DNA from: Candidatus Pyrohabitans jungbluthii
Lineage (GTDB): Archaea > Hydrothermarchaeota > Hydrothermarchaeia > Hydrothermarchaeales > BMS3B
Assembly (NCBI GenBank): GCA_002010065.2
Contig: MTMD02000015.1
Location: forward strand, 1 to 64,000
Reading direction: 5' to 3'
DNA: 64,000 bases
Both the position numbers and the translations under genes were made by a program. The notes under the pieces were generated by a model, which saw nothing but the letters and a program-made list of their open reading frames with translations, did not search any database and was not told where the DNA came from. This document shows positions 18,975 through 28,367 of the stretch, one piece after another. Numbering within the stretch: the first letter of the stretch is position 1; every line of letters starts with the position of its first letter.

Positions 18975-19814
18975 TTACACGAGGTTGAATCTCCTCAGCA
19001 GATATATATCCTCAAGATCGAGCTTCTCACCGCGCTTGAAGCGCTCGTATATCGCCTTCGCCTCCTCGCGCAGCTCCTTCTCGCTCTTCTCGCGGTGTAG
19101 CAGCTCAATACCCGTTTCCAGCTCTACAATCTCCTTCTCCAGCTCCTTGAGCTGGGGTACCTTCTCGTCCAGCTCAGCGTTGAGCTTGTCAAGCTCCTGA
19201 GTGAGCGCGAGCTTCTCCTTGTTAATCTCATCTATCTTCTGCTCCAGTTCCTTTATCTTCTCCACAGCCGTCACGAAGGCTTCGTGGTACTTCTGCGACT
19301 CATCGCTGAGCTTTATAATCTTTTCATGAATCTTCTTTGACACCTTGCGCTTCTTCTCCAGTCTCTTTGAAATCTCGATAAGTTCAGCGTAATTCGCAAG
19401 CTCCTTCTCAATCTCGGCGATGCGCTTTACCAGCTCATCCTCCTTCTTAATCTCCAGCACGCTTGTCTGAAGCTTCCATTCTAGGCGGTTCTTCTCCCTC
19501 TGCAGGCGTTTGAAATCACCCTTAGGGGCACGCTCCTTCGCTTTCTTGTACTCTTCCAGAATCTTCTTTACTTCCGCGTTGGCTTCCTCGCGCTGTGCCT
19601 TGAGCTTCTTTATCTCCGCATTTAACTTGTCCCGCTTCTCTCTAGCCTTGTTAGCCTCGGTGTTCTTCTTCTTTATCGCCTCAATGATATCCCGCTTGCG
19701 CTTGTTCAGCTCGCGCAGGCGCTTGCGCTTCGCAGATACCTCATGCTTCATCCGCCTTATCTCTGCCTCAAGTTCATCGCGCTTCGCTGTGAGCTCTTCC
19801 AACTTCGCTTCCAT
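18975..19814 (-). CDS. Archaeal coiled-coil protein (COG1340-like)
   Basis: Heptad-rich; LEWKLQT and IYERFKRGEKLDLEDI motifs. Confidence 0.8.
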   Translation of the reverse strand: MEAKLEELTAKRDELEAEIRRMKHEVSAKRKRLRELNKRKRDIIEAIKKKNTEANKAREKRDKLNAEIKKLKAQREEANAEVKKILEEYKKAKERAPKGDFKRLQREKNRLEWKLQTSVLEIKKEDELVKRIAEIEKELANYAELIEISKRLEKKRKVSKKIHEKIIKLSDESQKYHEAFVTAVEKIKELEQKIDEINKEKLALTQELDKLNAELDEKVPQLKELEKEIVELETGIELLHREKSEKELREEAKAIYERFKRGEKLDLEDIYLLRRFNLV

Positions 19815-19970
19815 ATCAGACTCTCCACTAGGTAATTGGCGATATAAAGGGTAAACTTAACCTTTGTAAAGACGATACATCTTTACGGGCGAGAAGGCGA
19901 GCAATACGCCCGCAGCCACGAGTGCTGTACACCCTTCTCTTATATCCATGTTTTTCACGTCGTAAGCTTT

Positions 19971-21251
19971 CTAAAAGAATTGAATATACTCGTAAGCTTT
20001 CCTCTTATCGTCGAAGCTGTAGTGCACTTGGTTAAATTCTCTCCTCAATTCTGCAACGTCCTTTTTAACTTTTTCGGTGCTCTCGCCTTTGATAGCAACC
20101 CTTGCGATGAGCTCGGCTATGGTGCGCATCTCACTCTCCTTCATCCCTAAGCGAGTAACCTCCTGCGTGCCTATGCGAATTCCGCTGGGGTTGGCACTCC
20201 TGTTTATATCGTCCCAGGGCAGAAGGTTCTTGTTGAGGATGATGTTCGCCTTCTCTAAAGCTTCGGCAACATGAGTGCCACCGCCCTGCTTTGCTACGTC
20301 AACGAGCACCTGATGTGACTCTGTGAAGCCCTTATGCTCGCATAGCACATCGAAGCCCTCTTCGCTCAGAGCCTGAGCAAGAGCCTTAGAATTTTTGACC
20401 ACCTGCTTGGCATAAGCTTCGCCGAACTCCAGCATTTCTGCAAGGGCTACGGCGAAGCCAGCCATGTGGTGAAGGTGGTGGTTGGAAACCAAGCCCGGGA
20501 ACACTGCACGGGTGAGCTTCTTACCATACTCCTCCTTTGCGAGAATCACACCACCCTGCGGACCTGGAAACGTCTTGTGCCTCGACGCTGAGATCACATC
20601 GGCGCCCTCTTTAAGGGGCTGCTGAAACTGCTTGCCCGCGATTAAACCGAGCACATGTGCACCGTCATACATCACTGTAGCCCCAACCTCCTTCGCAACT
20701 TCGCTGAGCTCGCGCACAGGGTGGGGGAAGAGGAAGATGCTCGCGCCGAAGAGTACAAGCTTTGGCTCAACCTCTCGAATCTTCTTCGCAGCCTTATCAA
20801 CGTCGATATTCATCTCCTGCTCGTCGAAGGGAAAGCTCTTAACCTTCAATCCGCGCACACCCGCGGCGCTCAGCTCCGCATGCGAGATATGCCCCCCGTG
20901 GGGTACCTGAAGCGCCATCATCGTATCTCCAGCATTCGCCAGCGCAAAGAAGCACGCTAGGTTGGCGACTGTACCCGAGGTGGGCTGCACGTTGACGTAA
21001 GGTGCTTCGAAAAGCTTCTGGGCAAGCTCAATAGCTAAGAACTCCACCTCATCTATGTATTTACAACCCTGGTAGAAGCGCTTTCCAGCTTCGCCTTCGG
21101 CGTAGCGATGCGAAAAGTCGCTGGCGCACACCTCGCGCACCAGAAGCGAGGTGATGTTCTCACTCGCTATCAATGGAAGACTCTCGCTAAACCAGCGATG
21201 ATGCTCCTTGAGGATGTCCCTTACCCGAAACGCATGCTCGCGATTTCCCAT
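19971..21251 (-). CDS. glyA: Serine hydroxymethyltransferase (archaeal type)
   Basis: LIASEN, YAEG...[29 protein letters not shown]; start MGNREH at 21251. Confidence 0.95.
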   Translation of the reverse strand: MGNREHAFRVRDILKEHHRWFSESLPLIASENITSLLVREVCASDFSHRYAEGEAGKRFYQGCKYIDEVEFLAIELAQKLFEAPYVNVQPTSGTVANLACFFALANAGDTMMALQVPHGGHISHAELSAAGVRGLKVKSFPFDEQEMNIDVDKAAKKIREVEPKLVLFGASIFLFPHPVRELSEVAKEVGATVMYDGAHVLGLIAGKQFQQPLKEGADVISASRHKTFPGPQGGVILAKEEYGKKLTRAVFPGLVSNHHLHHMAGFAVALAEMLEFGEAYAKQVVKNSKALAQALSEEGFDVLCEHKGFTESHQVLVDVAKQGGGTHVAEALEKANIILNKNLLPWDDINRSANPSGIRIGTQEVTRLGMKESEMRTIAELIARVAIKGESTEKVKKDVAELRREFNQVHYSFDDKRKAYEYIQFF

Positions 21252-21371
21252 TGGGATACCACCACTAAGCCTAACTACCGCCTCATTATATATTTGTGTA
21301 ACGATTGAAAGGAGGATTGTGCTCGAGTATATGCTCAGGGATGTTTTAAATATTTTCTTCACCGCCGCATT

Positions 21372-22142
21372 TCAAAAAATTATCTGCGCTCCTTGAGTGG
21401 CGTAACTCTTGGGCATCTCCCCCACATTCCAGTCCTCACCCGCTGGGTAACTGCCAGTGGTCTCGCAATAGTAGTACCTCTTCCCACCAACCTCAAAGAA
21501 GACAGCGCCCTTGAAGGGGGATTCTGAGAGGCTAACCGCAGCCCCTACGTGGTCTAGGAACACCACAACCACTGCATCAATACCGGCTGCACGTAGCAGC
21601 GAGACCAGGAGAAGCGCACGGTCTTCGCAGTCCCCTGAGCCCTCGGCAAGGGTTTCGAGGGGGTACTTGGTGTTGAAAGCTGTAATGTCAGGTTCAAACT
21701 TCAGCTGCTGAACTATGTCTAGAGCAGCTTCTGCAAACTCTCTATCGCTGTGATAGTGCTTTCTGAGCATCAGCGCAAGCTCTGCTACCTCGCCCTCTTC
21801 AGGGGTGATGTAGGCTGAGAGGTTGCTGTGCCTAGGAGCAAGCACCTTGTAGTACAGGTACCTGCGGGTGCTTATCCTGCTGTAGAATCCAGAGCCTCTG
21901 CCTGGAAGCTCAAAGTACCTTACTATGACTCCTTCTCTCTCCGCAATCTCACCGAGCGAGGCATTGGTGCTTTCTAAGCATGACAGCTCATATCCCTCCT
22001 CGTAACCCTGCCTCAGCCCAGCGAGGTATCCATCGTAGTAGCCCTCTGCGTATCCTTCAAAGTAATTCTCTTCTCCTAAGCGGGTACCTGCATAGAGGGT
22101 GACAGCAAGAAAAAGTAGGATTAAAAATATCCACGACTTCAT
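21372..22142 (-). CDS. Secreted/membrane-anchored transglutaminase-like cysteine protease domain protein
   Basis: N-terminal hydrophobic signal; KYPLETL..GSGDCED, DHVGAAV, YYCETT (Cys-His-acid triad). Confidence 0.78.
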   Translation of the reverse strand: MKSWIFLILLFLAVTLYAGTRLGEENYFEGYAEGYYDGYLAGLRQGYEEGYELSCLESTNASLGEIAEREGVIVRYFELPGRGSGFYSRISTRRYLYYKVLAPRHSNLSAYITPEEGEVAELALMLRKHYHSDREFAEAALDIVQQLKFEPDITAFNTKYPLETLAEGSGDCEDRALLLVSLLRAAGIDAVVVVFLDHVGAAVSLSESPFKGAVFFEVGGKRYYYCETTGSYPAGEDWNVGEMPKSYATQGAQIIF

Positions 22143-22190
22143 AATAAAAAGGTAAAAATAGCACAATAAAAAAATAAAATAGTTGGAAGC

Positions 22191-23747
22191 TTAGAGCTTC
22201 CTTCTTCTCATCGCTGCATAGCCAGCTAGTGGTAGCAGTGCAATAGCGGCAATCGTTGTAGGACCGCACACGCCTTTTGCCTCAGGCGTCGGGGTTGCTA
22301 CCTCCGGCGTCACCTCTGGCTTCTTCTCTGGCACTACCTCCTCAGCTTTGGGCACTTCTGCAGCAGGAGCCTTGACAACTGCCGCTTCGAGCTGCTTGAT
22401 CCTGCGCTGCATCTTGATCCATTCTTCCATCATGTTGAGCTTGTCCAGCAGGGCATCGACTGCACCGTTCCAGTGGGTCCAGTCGGGTGCCATCATGCTG
22501 GCGCCCATCCTCCACCGCCTGCCGTCGTGGTGCCAGATGTAGTAGTACATTACCTCTGGAATCTCGTCGATGGGGTTGGACTTGTCTATCAAGCCCTCCT
22601 CATACGCGGTGTCGAGCAGCTTCTTGGTGTAGTCATAGACCCTGTTGTAGTCCTCTATTATCTTGTCGAAGCTCTCGAAATAGCCGTCCACCCATGCCGG
22701 AGAGTGGCAGCCTCTGCACACCTTCTTCATGCGCTTTCTGTTCTCCTTTGCCAGTGCCTCGTCAGGCACACGCTCCTTGACTATGTCATTAACCTGGCTT
22801 GGAGGCTTCCACTGTGGCACAGACTTCTTTGGCTGAAGCTCCCAGTAGAGTCTCGACCCCACGTCATGGGTGGCTGGCACGCCGTTGAAGCCGCTCATGT
22901 GGCATACCGCACAGGTGGGCGCTCTTGTGTTCTCCGGCGTCAGCTCCTCTTCCTCAAGGAAGCTGTGGTCTTCCATGGAGAAGAAGATGTTGCCGTGCTT
23001 GCTCTCCTCGTAAATCTCCATCTGCGGATGGTCAGGGCCAAGGTGACACTGACCGCAGGTCTCGGGCTTTCGCGCTTCTGCCTTGCTAAAGCTGTGCCTA
23101 GTGTGGCATGCAGAGCAGGAACCAAGGCTGCCGTCCGGGTTAACCCTGCCCACACCCACGTTAGGCCAGCCGTCCAGAATCTCGCCGTCTTTGGCTATTA
23201 CGTAGCTGCCGTGGCACTCTATGCAGCCAAGCACCTGGTTCTCGTGGTTGTAGCTCTCCAAGTCAAGTATGCCCGCGCGCTTCAGTGCACCGCTGTCGGG
23301 ATAGAGCGGTGTCACCTTCCTGCGTATGAAGTCCCTGGGGTTATTCGCCAAGGCTGTCTCCAGCTTCAGCGGGTCCTTGCCCTGCTTCTTCATCTCCAGA
23401 TACCAGGGCTTGAGTGGACCTATGAATGCCGTCCAAGCGTGCTTGCTGTCCATGAACTGCTTCACCTGCTCTTCGTGGCATTTCTCGCAGTACTTCGGCG
23501 AAACCACTGGTGTTATCTGGTAGCCGTTGTGGTCCCTTACGCTGGGATCCTTGGCTGGGTCACCCTCGTGGCAGTCAAGGCAGGTGACGCCATTCTTCGC
23601 CATGTCTGACTTCTGGTAGTCAGCAACTATACCGGGGGTTACTGACTTGTGGCAGGAGATACATGCCTCTGTGGCGTTTGCAGCACCTGCCAGTACCAGC
23701 ACCCCCAAAAAGACAGAAACCAACAATATTTCATTTTTCATGCCCAT
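22191..23747 (-). CDS. Octaheme cytochrome c of the hydroxylamine oxidoreductase (HAO) family with CGP-CTERM anchor
   Basis: Eight CxxCH motifs (CISCH, CLDCH, CEKCH, CIECH, CSACH, CGQCH, CAVCH, CRGCH); GPDHPQ.EIYEESKHG; signal peptide; C-terminal GVCGP-TM-RRRK. Confidence 0.92.
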   Translation of the reverse strand: MGMKNEILLVSVFLGVLVLAGAANATEACISCHKSVTPGIVADYQKSDMAKNGVTCLDCHEGDPAKDPSVRDHNGYQITPVVSPKYCEKCHEEQVKQFMDSKHAWTAFIGPLKPWYLEMKKQGKDPLKLETALANNPRDFIRRKVTPLYPDSGALKRAGILDLESYNHENQVLGCIECHGSYVIAKDGEILDGWPNVGVGRVNPDGSLGSCSACHTRHSFSKAEARKPETCGQCHLGPDHPQMEIYEESKHGNIFFSMEDHSFLEEEELTPENTRAPTCAVCHMSGFNGVPATHDVGSRLYWELQPKKSVPQWKPPSQVNDIVKERVPDEALAKENRKRMKKVCRGCHSPAWVDGYFESFDKIIEDYNRVYDYTKKLLDTAYEEGLIDKSNPIDEIPEVMYYYIWHHDGRRWRMGASMMAPDWTHWNGAVDALLDKLNMMEEWIKMQRRIKQLEAAVVKAPAAEVPKAEEVVPEKKPEVTPEVATPTPEAKGVCGPTTIAAIALLPLAGYAAMRRRKL

Positions 23748-23861
23748 CACCGGTCTAATTTTTACTAAATGCAATTTATATATTTTTTTAAAAAATAAAA
23801 TTCACAATTTATAAACAAAAGTTAATAAAACGCCTCTACCTTCTATTGATATAATATAAAA

Positions 23862-24443
23862 CTAAGCATGCTCGCTGGAATAGTATTGGTGCTCCTCAAT
23901 ATGCTCCATCGCCTTCTGGATAAGCTCCATGTATTTCCTTTCTGTGGTTTGAATCTCTATGAACACCACATCGTTAATCACAATCTTGGGTACTGAGCTT
24001 ACCTCGTAGGCATCTGCAAGCTCGCTGAACTCTGTGGCATCGTATATGTGAAGCGAGATTTTATCGCTTGCCTTCGCAAGCTTTGCAGCTGCGACCACTG
24101 CCTTCGGGCAGTACCGGCAAGTGGGTGTAGTGAAAATCTTTATCTCCACCTCACGCTCTATCGCCGGCAACTCCTCAGCACCCTCGTAGGCAGAGCCTAC
24201 TATTTTCACAATCTCTGCAAAAGCCTCAGCTTCCTTATGTTTTGGAACCCCATGATAATAGATGTTCTCAATGCGCAGCGCTGGCGCTGGCGTTATCTCT
24301 GCGTCCTCCTCAATTTTTATAAGGGGTGAAGCGCTTCTAAGCTTCTCAAGAAAGCTTTCCATCTCCGGGGCGTCTGCACTGTTCACCCCTATCCCAATCT
24401 CCCTCTTAATAGATTTAATCTCAGAAAAGGCTCTTCCGTTCAT
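23862..24443 (-). CDS. Thioredoxin-fold protein (PDO/AhpF-N-like) with a single CRYC
   Basis: FTTPTCRYCP, V.SVPKIVIN; the N-terminal fold has no CxxC. Confidence 0.8.
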   Translation of the reverse strand: MNGRAFSEIKSIKREIGIGVNSADAPEMESFLEKLRSASPLIKIEEDAEITPAPALRIENIYYHGVPKHKEAEAFAEIVKIVGSAYEGAEELPAIEREVEIKIFTTPTCRYCPKAVVAAAKLAKASDKISLHIYDATEFSELADAYEVSSVPKIVINDVVFIEIQTTERKYMELIQKAMEHIEEHQYYSSEHA

Positions 24444-25093
24444 GACCCCTTTCCAAGCACTTCTAAGGTCTCCCTGCCCATGGTGCTGAGGAAGTACTTT
24501 CTCTCCTGATCCTGGTCTATTAAGCCCGCCTGCTTCAGAATCTTGAGATGAAAGCTCAGCTTGGCGGGGTCATCTATGCCAAGGTGATCGCGGATATCTC
24601 TGAATCTCACCTTCCCGCGGGAGTAGAGGTACTCCAGAGCTTGGCGTCTGATTGGATTTGAAAGTGCCTTGATAACCTCATCGGAAATCTTGCCTGTTAG
24701 CGCGCTGCTGCGCTTCTCAAACTTCGCCTCCTCAAGCACTCGCCGAATGGTGTTTTGAACCTCGTTTATCTTGAATGGTTTCTCTATGTAGTCACTTGCC
24801 CCCTTCTTAATTGCCTCCACAGCGCTGTCTATGGTTGCAAAGGCTGTGATTATTATCACCTTGATATCCGGCTTTGTTCTCTTTACCTCTGTGAGCAGCT
24901 CCATTCCGCTCATCTTTGGCATTACCAAGTCTGTTAGCAGCACATCGAAGTCCTCATTTTTTATCTTCTCCAGAGCCTTCTCCCCGTTTTCAACACTCTC
25001 AACCTCATAGCCCTCCTCTTTCAGCATCTCCTCAAGCCCAGACCTCAAACCTTCGTCGTCTTCTGCTATCAATATCCTCGCCATTTCAATCAC
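24440..25093 (-). CDS. Response regulator: REC domain plus ArsR-like winged HTH
   Basis: ILIAEDD, LLTDLVMP..SG, ITAF, YIEKPF; C-terminal KALSNPIRR...LSFHLKILKQAGLI. Confidence 0.9.
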   Translation of the reverse strand: MIEMARILIAEDDEGLRSGLEEMLKEEGYEVESVENGEKALEKIKNEDFDVLLTDLVMPKMSGMELLTEVKRTKPDIKVIIITAFATIDSAVEAIKKGASDYIEKPFKINEVQNTIRRVLEEAKFEKRSSALTGKISDEVIKALSNPIRRQALEYLYSRGKVRFRDIRDHLGIDDPAKLSFHLKILKQAGLIDQDQERKYFLSTMGRETLEVLGKGS

Positions 25094-26528
25094 CCAATGG
25101 AAGTATTACCCTGAAGGTGCTCCCCACGCCAACCTCACTCTCCACCTCTATTCTCCCGCCGTGGCGTTCAACTATGCCATAACTCACGCTGAGCCCCAAG
25201 CCTGTGCCCTTGCCCACACCCTTCGTGGAGAAGAAGGGGTCAAAGATCTTGCTGAGGTTCTCCTCCGGAATACCCTCACCGGTGTCGGTGATGCTTATCT
25301 CCACCTCACTATCTCTCCGCCGGGTGTCTATTATAAGGGTACCTCCTTCAGGCATGGCTTCAATCGCATTGTTAATTATATTCACCAGGACCTGTTGTAT
25401 CTGTGCGGGGTCTGCCTTTACTTCAGGCAAAGCTTTATCCAGATTTTTTATTACATTTATGTTATTTATAGATATCTGAGGTTGGAGTATCTCCAGGGTC
25501 TTGGTAACTACATCATTTAGGTTCACTTTTCTGAATTTGGGCTCCATCTGACGTGAAAACTCCAGAAGGCTCTTAACTATCCTAGCAGCCTGAGTTGCCT
25601 GCTCTTCAATAATCTTCAGCTTCTTCCTCGCCTCCTTGTTCTTGGTCTTCTGGGCCAGCATCTGTGCATACAGCGAAATGTTGCCTAGCGGATTGTTAAT
25701 CTCATGGGCAACACCTGCGGCAAGCTTGCCCACGGTGGCAAGCTTCTCGCTCCTGATAATCTGCTTTTCCTTGTTGCGCAGGTCGCGCACCATTTGATTA
25801 AAGCTCGCAGCAAGGTCGCCTATCTCGTCATTGCGTTTTATCTCTATTGCGACGTTGTAGTCACCCTTCCCCACCCTGCTCAGCGCCTCCTTGAGGATAT
25901 TTATGGGCATAATAATCGTGCCTTTAAGTATAAAATAAAGGAGAACAAGAATGCTCCATAGCAGTATCACCGCTGAAAATGCAAGGGTCCTTCTTGTTTC
26001 GTAAAGGTTGTGCATCGCTTCATCCATGGGTATTGTTACCACAATGGCGCCGTGCACATCTCCACGCTTGTAACCTTGGTCAATATGGCAGCGTAGGCAG
26101 GGCTCCTCCATAATGATCGGCCCAGCATACTCGAAGTACTTCCTTCCATTTACTTCATAAATGCGGTAAACATCGCCGGGTTCGCGATAGAAGGTGTCTA
26201 TAGCTCTGCTCTGGAATTCATTCTCAGGCAGGTTCTCTGTCCCTATTGGCTTTTTGGAAACCATCTTCCACTTATAGGAGAACTTGCGGTTGGATAGCAC
26301 GGAAAGCACTGGCTCAATGCGCTCTTTGTTCTGCGCATTCCACAGCCTTACGAGGATAACCTGGTCTGCGATGCTCTTCGCCTGCTCTTTGAGCAGCGTC
26401 TCCATGTGCCTCTCGTTGAGCACGTATATCCATGAGAATAAACCAAAGATGAGCATTATCATTACAAAGCCCACGAGGAGCATTACTTTGGTGCCCACGC
26501 TCAGTCTTCTAATAGCCCTCACCCCCAT
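25086..26528 (-). CDS. Membrane histidine kinase with extracytoplasmic heme-c (DUF3365-like) sensor, HAMP, HisKA and HATPase domains
   Basis: Two TMs flanking EEPCLRCH..GYKRGDVHGAI; RNDEIGDLA..FN; AHEINNPL; N, G1, F, G2 boxes. Confidence 0.92.
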   Translation of the reverse strand: MGVRAIRRLSVGTKVMLLVGFVMIMLIFGLFSWIYVLNERHMETLLKEQAKSIADQVILVRLWNAQNKERIEPVLSVLSNRKFSYKWKMVSKKPIGTENLPENEFQSRAIDTFYREPGDVYRIYEVNGRKYFEYAGPIIMEEPCLRCHIDQGYKRGDVHGAIVVTIPMDEAMHNLYETRRTLAFSAVILLWSILVLLYFILKGTIIMPINILKEALSRVGKGDYNVAIEIKRNDEIGDLAASFNQMVRDLRNKEKQIIRSEKLATVGKLAAGVAHEINNPLGNISLYAQMLAQKTKNKEARKKLKIIEEQATQAARIVKSLLEFSRQMEPKFRKVNLNDVVTKTLEILQPQISINNINVIKNLDKALPEVKADPAQIQQVLVNIINNAIEAMPEGGTLIIDTRRRDSEVEISITDTGEGIPEENLSKIFDPFFSTKGVGKGTGLGLSVSYGIVERHGGRIEVESEVGVGSTFRVILPLGD

Positions 26529-27534
26529 GTGTGAAGTTACCCGTCTCGCGATGCGATAGGGTGACGAAGTGGGACACGAGCAATGGCGAAGTGGGGTCTG
26601 AGATGTCCAGCACGAGTAAGCCGTTATCGAAGTCCGCCAGGTAGAGGTAACTCCCGTCTATGAAAAAGCCAAAAGCGTTGCCAGGGGTGTCATAATGGGA
26701 CAGCAACCTTGGTTTCGCCGGCGAGGTTATGTCAAACACGTATAGCCCATGGCTGCCAGTGGTAACAAAGGCGATGGTTCCCAAAAGCTTTACCTTTATG
26801 GCATACCCCATGGTGTTGATGTTGCTGATCTTTTCAGGCTTTGCTGGCTGTGAGACGTTTATCACGTCAACGCCTGCATCGCTATCCGCAAGCACCGCTA
26901 TGCCATTTTTAACAGCAACAGAGTAGGCCACGCCTCTGCTCTTGTAGGTTGCTACCAAGCTGAGATTTTTCCTGTCAACTATCTGCAAGCCCCCGGTGAA
27001 ATCTGCGAGGTAGACATAGTTCTCGCCCACGAAAAGGTCGCGCACGTGCTCATAGCCAGGAGGGTCAAATTTGCCTATAAGGGTAATGTTCTCTATGCTG
27101 GAGATGTTGAGCACAAGCAAACCATTCACGTCATTGAAGTTCGCTATGTACGCCTCCTCGCCTTTAACCACAATCTGCTTTAAATTACCCCTGTATCTGA
27201 ATCTGGCAATAAGCTTGGGCGCCTCCGGGTTTGAGACATCTATAACCTTCAGTCCGTCAAGACCATCGCACACAAAGGCGTAGCCATCTTTTACAAATAT
27301 GCCTTCCGCCTGCCCAGAGGTTCTTATGCTCCCCACAAGGCGGGGATTCTCAAAGTCTGAGAAGTCAATAATGCTCAGTCCCCAGTTTGAGGTGACATAG
27401 GCGTAGGGGTAGTCAACAAAAACATCTAGGAAGCCTGTGGACTGCTCCAGAGTCTCCCCTGGAGAGGTGGTCTCTTCCACACTTCCTGTACAGCCTGCGA
27501 ATAGGATTATAAGCAACAGCACATGCTTGCGCAT
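26509..27534 (-). CDS. LVIVD-repeat beta-propeller lipoprotein
   Basis: Lipobox-like FAGC; repeated YAYV..GL.I.D.S.P..P.L units. Confidence 0.85.
   Translation of the reverse strand: MRKHVLLLIILFAGCTGSVEETTSPGETLEQSTGFLDVFVDYPYAYVTSNWGLSIIDFSDFENPRLVGSIRTSGQAEGIFVKDGYAFVCDGLDGLKVIDVSNPEAPKLIARFRYRGNLKQIVVKGEEAYIANFNDVNGLLVLNISSIENITLIGKFDPPGYEHVRDLFVGENYVYLADFTGGLQIVDRKNLSLVATYKSRGVAYSVAVKNGIAVLADSDAGVDVINVSQPAKPEKISNINTMGYAIKVKLLGTIAFVTTGSHGLYVFDITSPAKPRLLSHYDTPGNAFGFFIDGSYLYLADFDNGLLVLDISDPTSPLLVSHFVTLSHRETGNFTHGGEGY
26536..26565. repeat. 30-bp palindromic element, in-frame within the LVIVD gene
   Basis: GTTACCCGTCTCGCGATGCGATAGGGTGAC; same termini and GTGAA prefix as 38068-38094. Confidence 0.6.
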
Positions 27535-27589
27535 TTTCTATGCCTTCACCATTTTGAATTAATAATTCTACCGTCAATTAAAGTTTTCT

Positions 27590-28366
27590 TTGTTAGAGCA
27601 GAGGATGATAATAATGAACACCAAGCTGGCTGAGCTTAAGACCCTGCTTAGGGAGAAGGACAGGATAGTGCTGGGTTTTTCAGGCGGACTTAACAGTATA
27701 TTTCTCGCCCACTTGTTGAAGGAGATGGGCAAGGATTTTGTAGCTGTAACAGTTGACCACGGCTTGCTACCGAGCGTGGCTGAGATAGCTGAAGTTGCTC
27801 GCGCTCTGGGAATAAGACACGAGGTTGTGAAGATAGATCTGCTCAGTGATAGATGCTTCATCGAGAACAGCTCAGAGAGGTGCTACTTCTGCAAGAAGGC
27901 AATGATCGACGCGCTTAAGCGCTTTGCAGAGGCTCAGGGTTACACCTACGTGATGGACGCCAGTGATGAGAGCGACATGCAGACCTACCGCTCGGCTGTG
28001 GTAGCGCTGTATGAGGAGGGTGTGGTAACACCGTTAATAGATGCAGGGCTAAACAGGGAGGAGATAGCTGAATATGCAAAGCAGGAAGGACTCCCCCTGC
28101 CTGCGCCTGAGAGCTGCCTTGCCACCAGGATTCCCTATGAGGTGTGGATAAGAGGGGAGGTTGTAGAGAGGGTGCGGGGTTTTGAGAAGGATGTTCGCGG
28201 GCTCGGCTTTGCCGCAGTTAGAGCCAGAGTTCACGATTCCCTGCTCAGGATTCAGTTCCTCGAAGATGAGCTGGAGCTCGCCCTGAAGAAGAAGGGGGAG
28301 ATACTCAAAGCTGCGAAGAAGCACGGGTTTGCGTACGCTACCATCGATGTGGAGGGTTTGGGATAA
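27590..28366 (+). CDS. LarE-like PP-loop sulfur transferase family protein (divergent motifs)
   Basis: FSGGLNS, RCYFCK, SCLATRIPY, VRARVH; start could be 27605-27614. Confidence 0.8.
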   Translation: MLEQRMIIMNTKLAELKTLLREKDRIVLGFSGGLNSIFLAHLLKEMGKDFVAVTVDHGLLPSVAEIAEVARALGIRHEVVKIDLLSDRCFIENSSERCYFCKKAMIDALKRFAEAQGYTYVMDASDESDMQTYRSAVVALYEEGVVTPLIDAGLNREEIAEYAKQEGLPLPAPESCLATRIPYEVWIRGEVVERVRGFEKDVRGLGFAAVRARVHDSLLRIQFLEDELELALKKKGEILKAAKKHGFAYATIDVEGLG

Positions 28367-28367
28367 A

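Noticed and set aside
22473-23609. Long antisense ORFs (e.g. 378 aa here, 296 aa at 3562-4452, 278 aa at 47761-48597)
   Set aside because: They are shadows of well-supported genes on the opposite strand.
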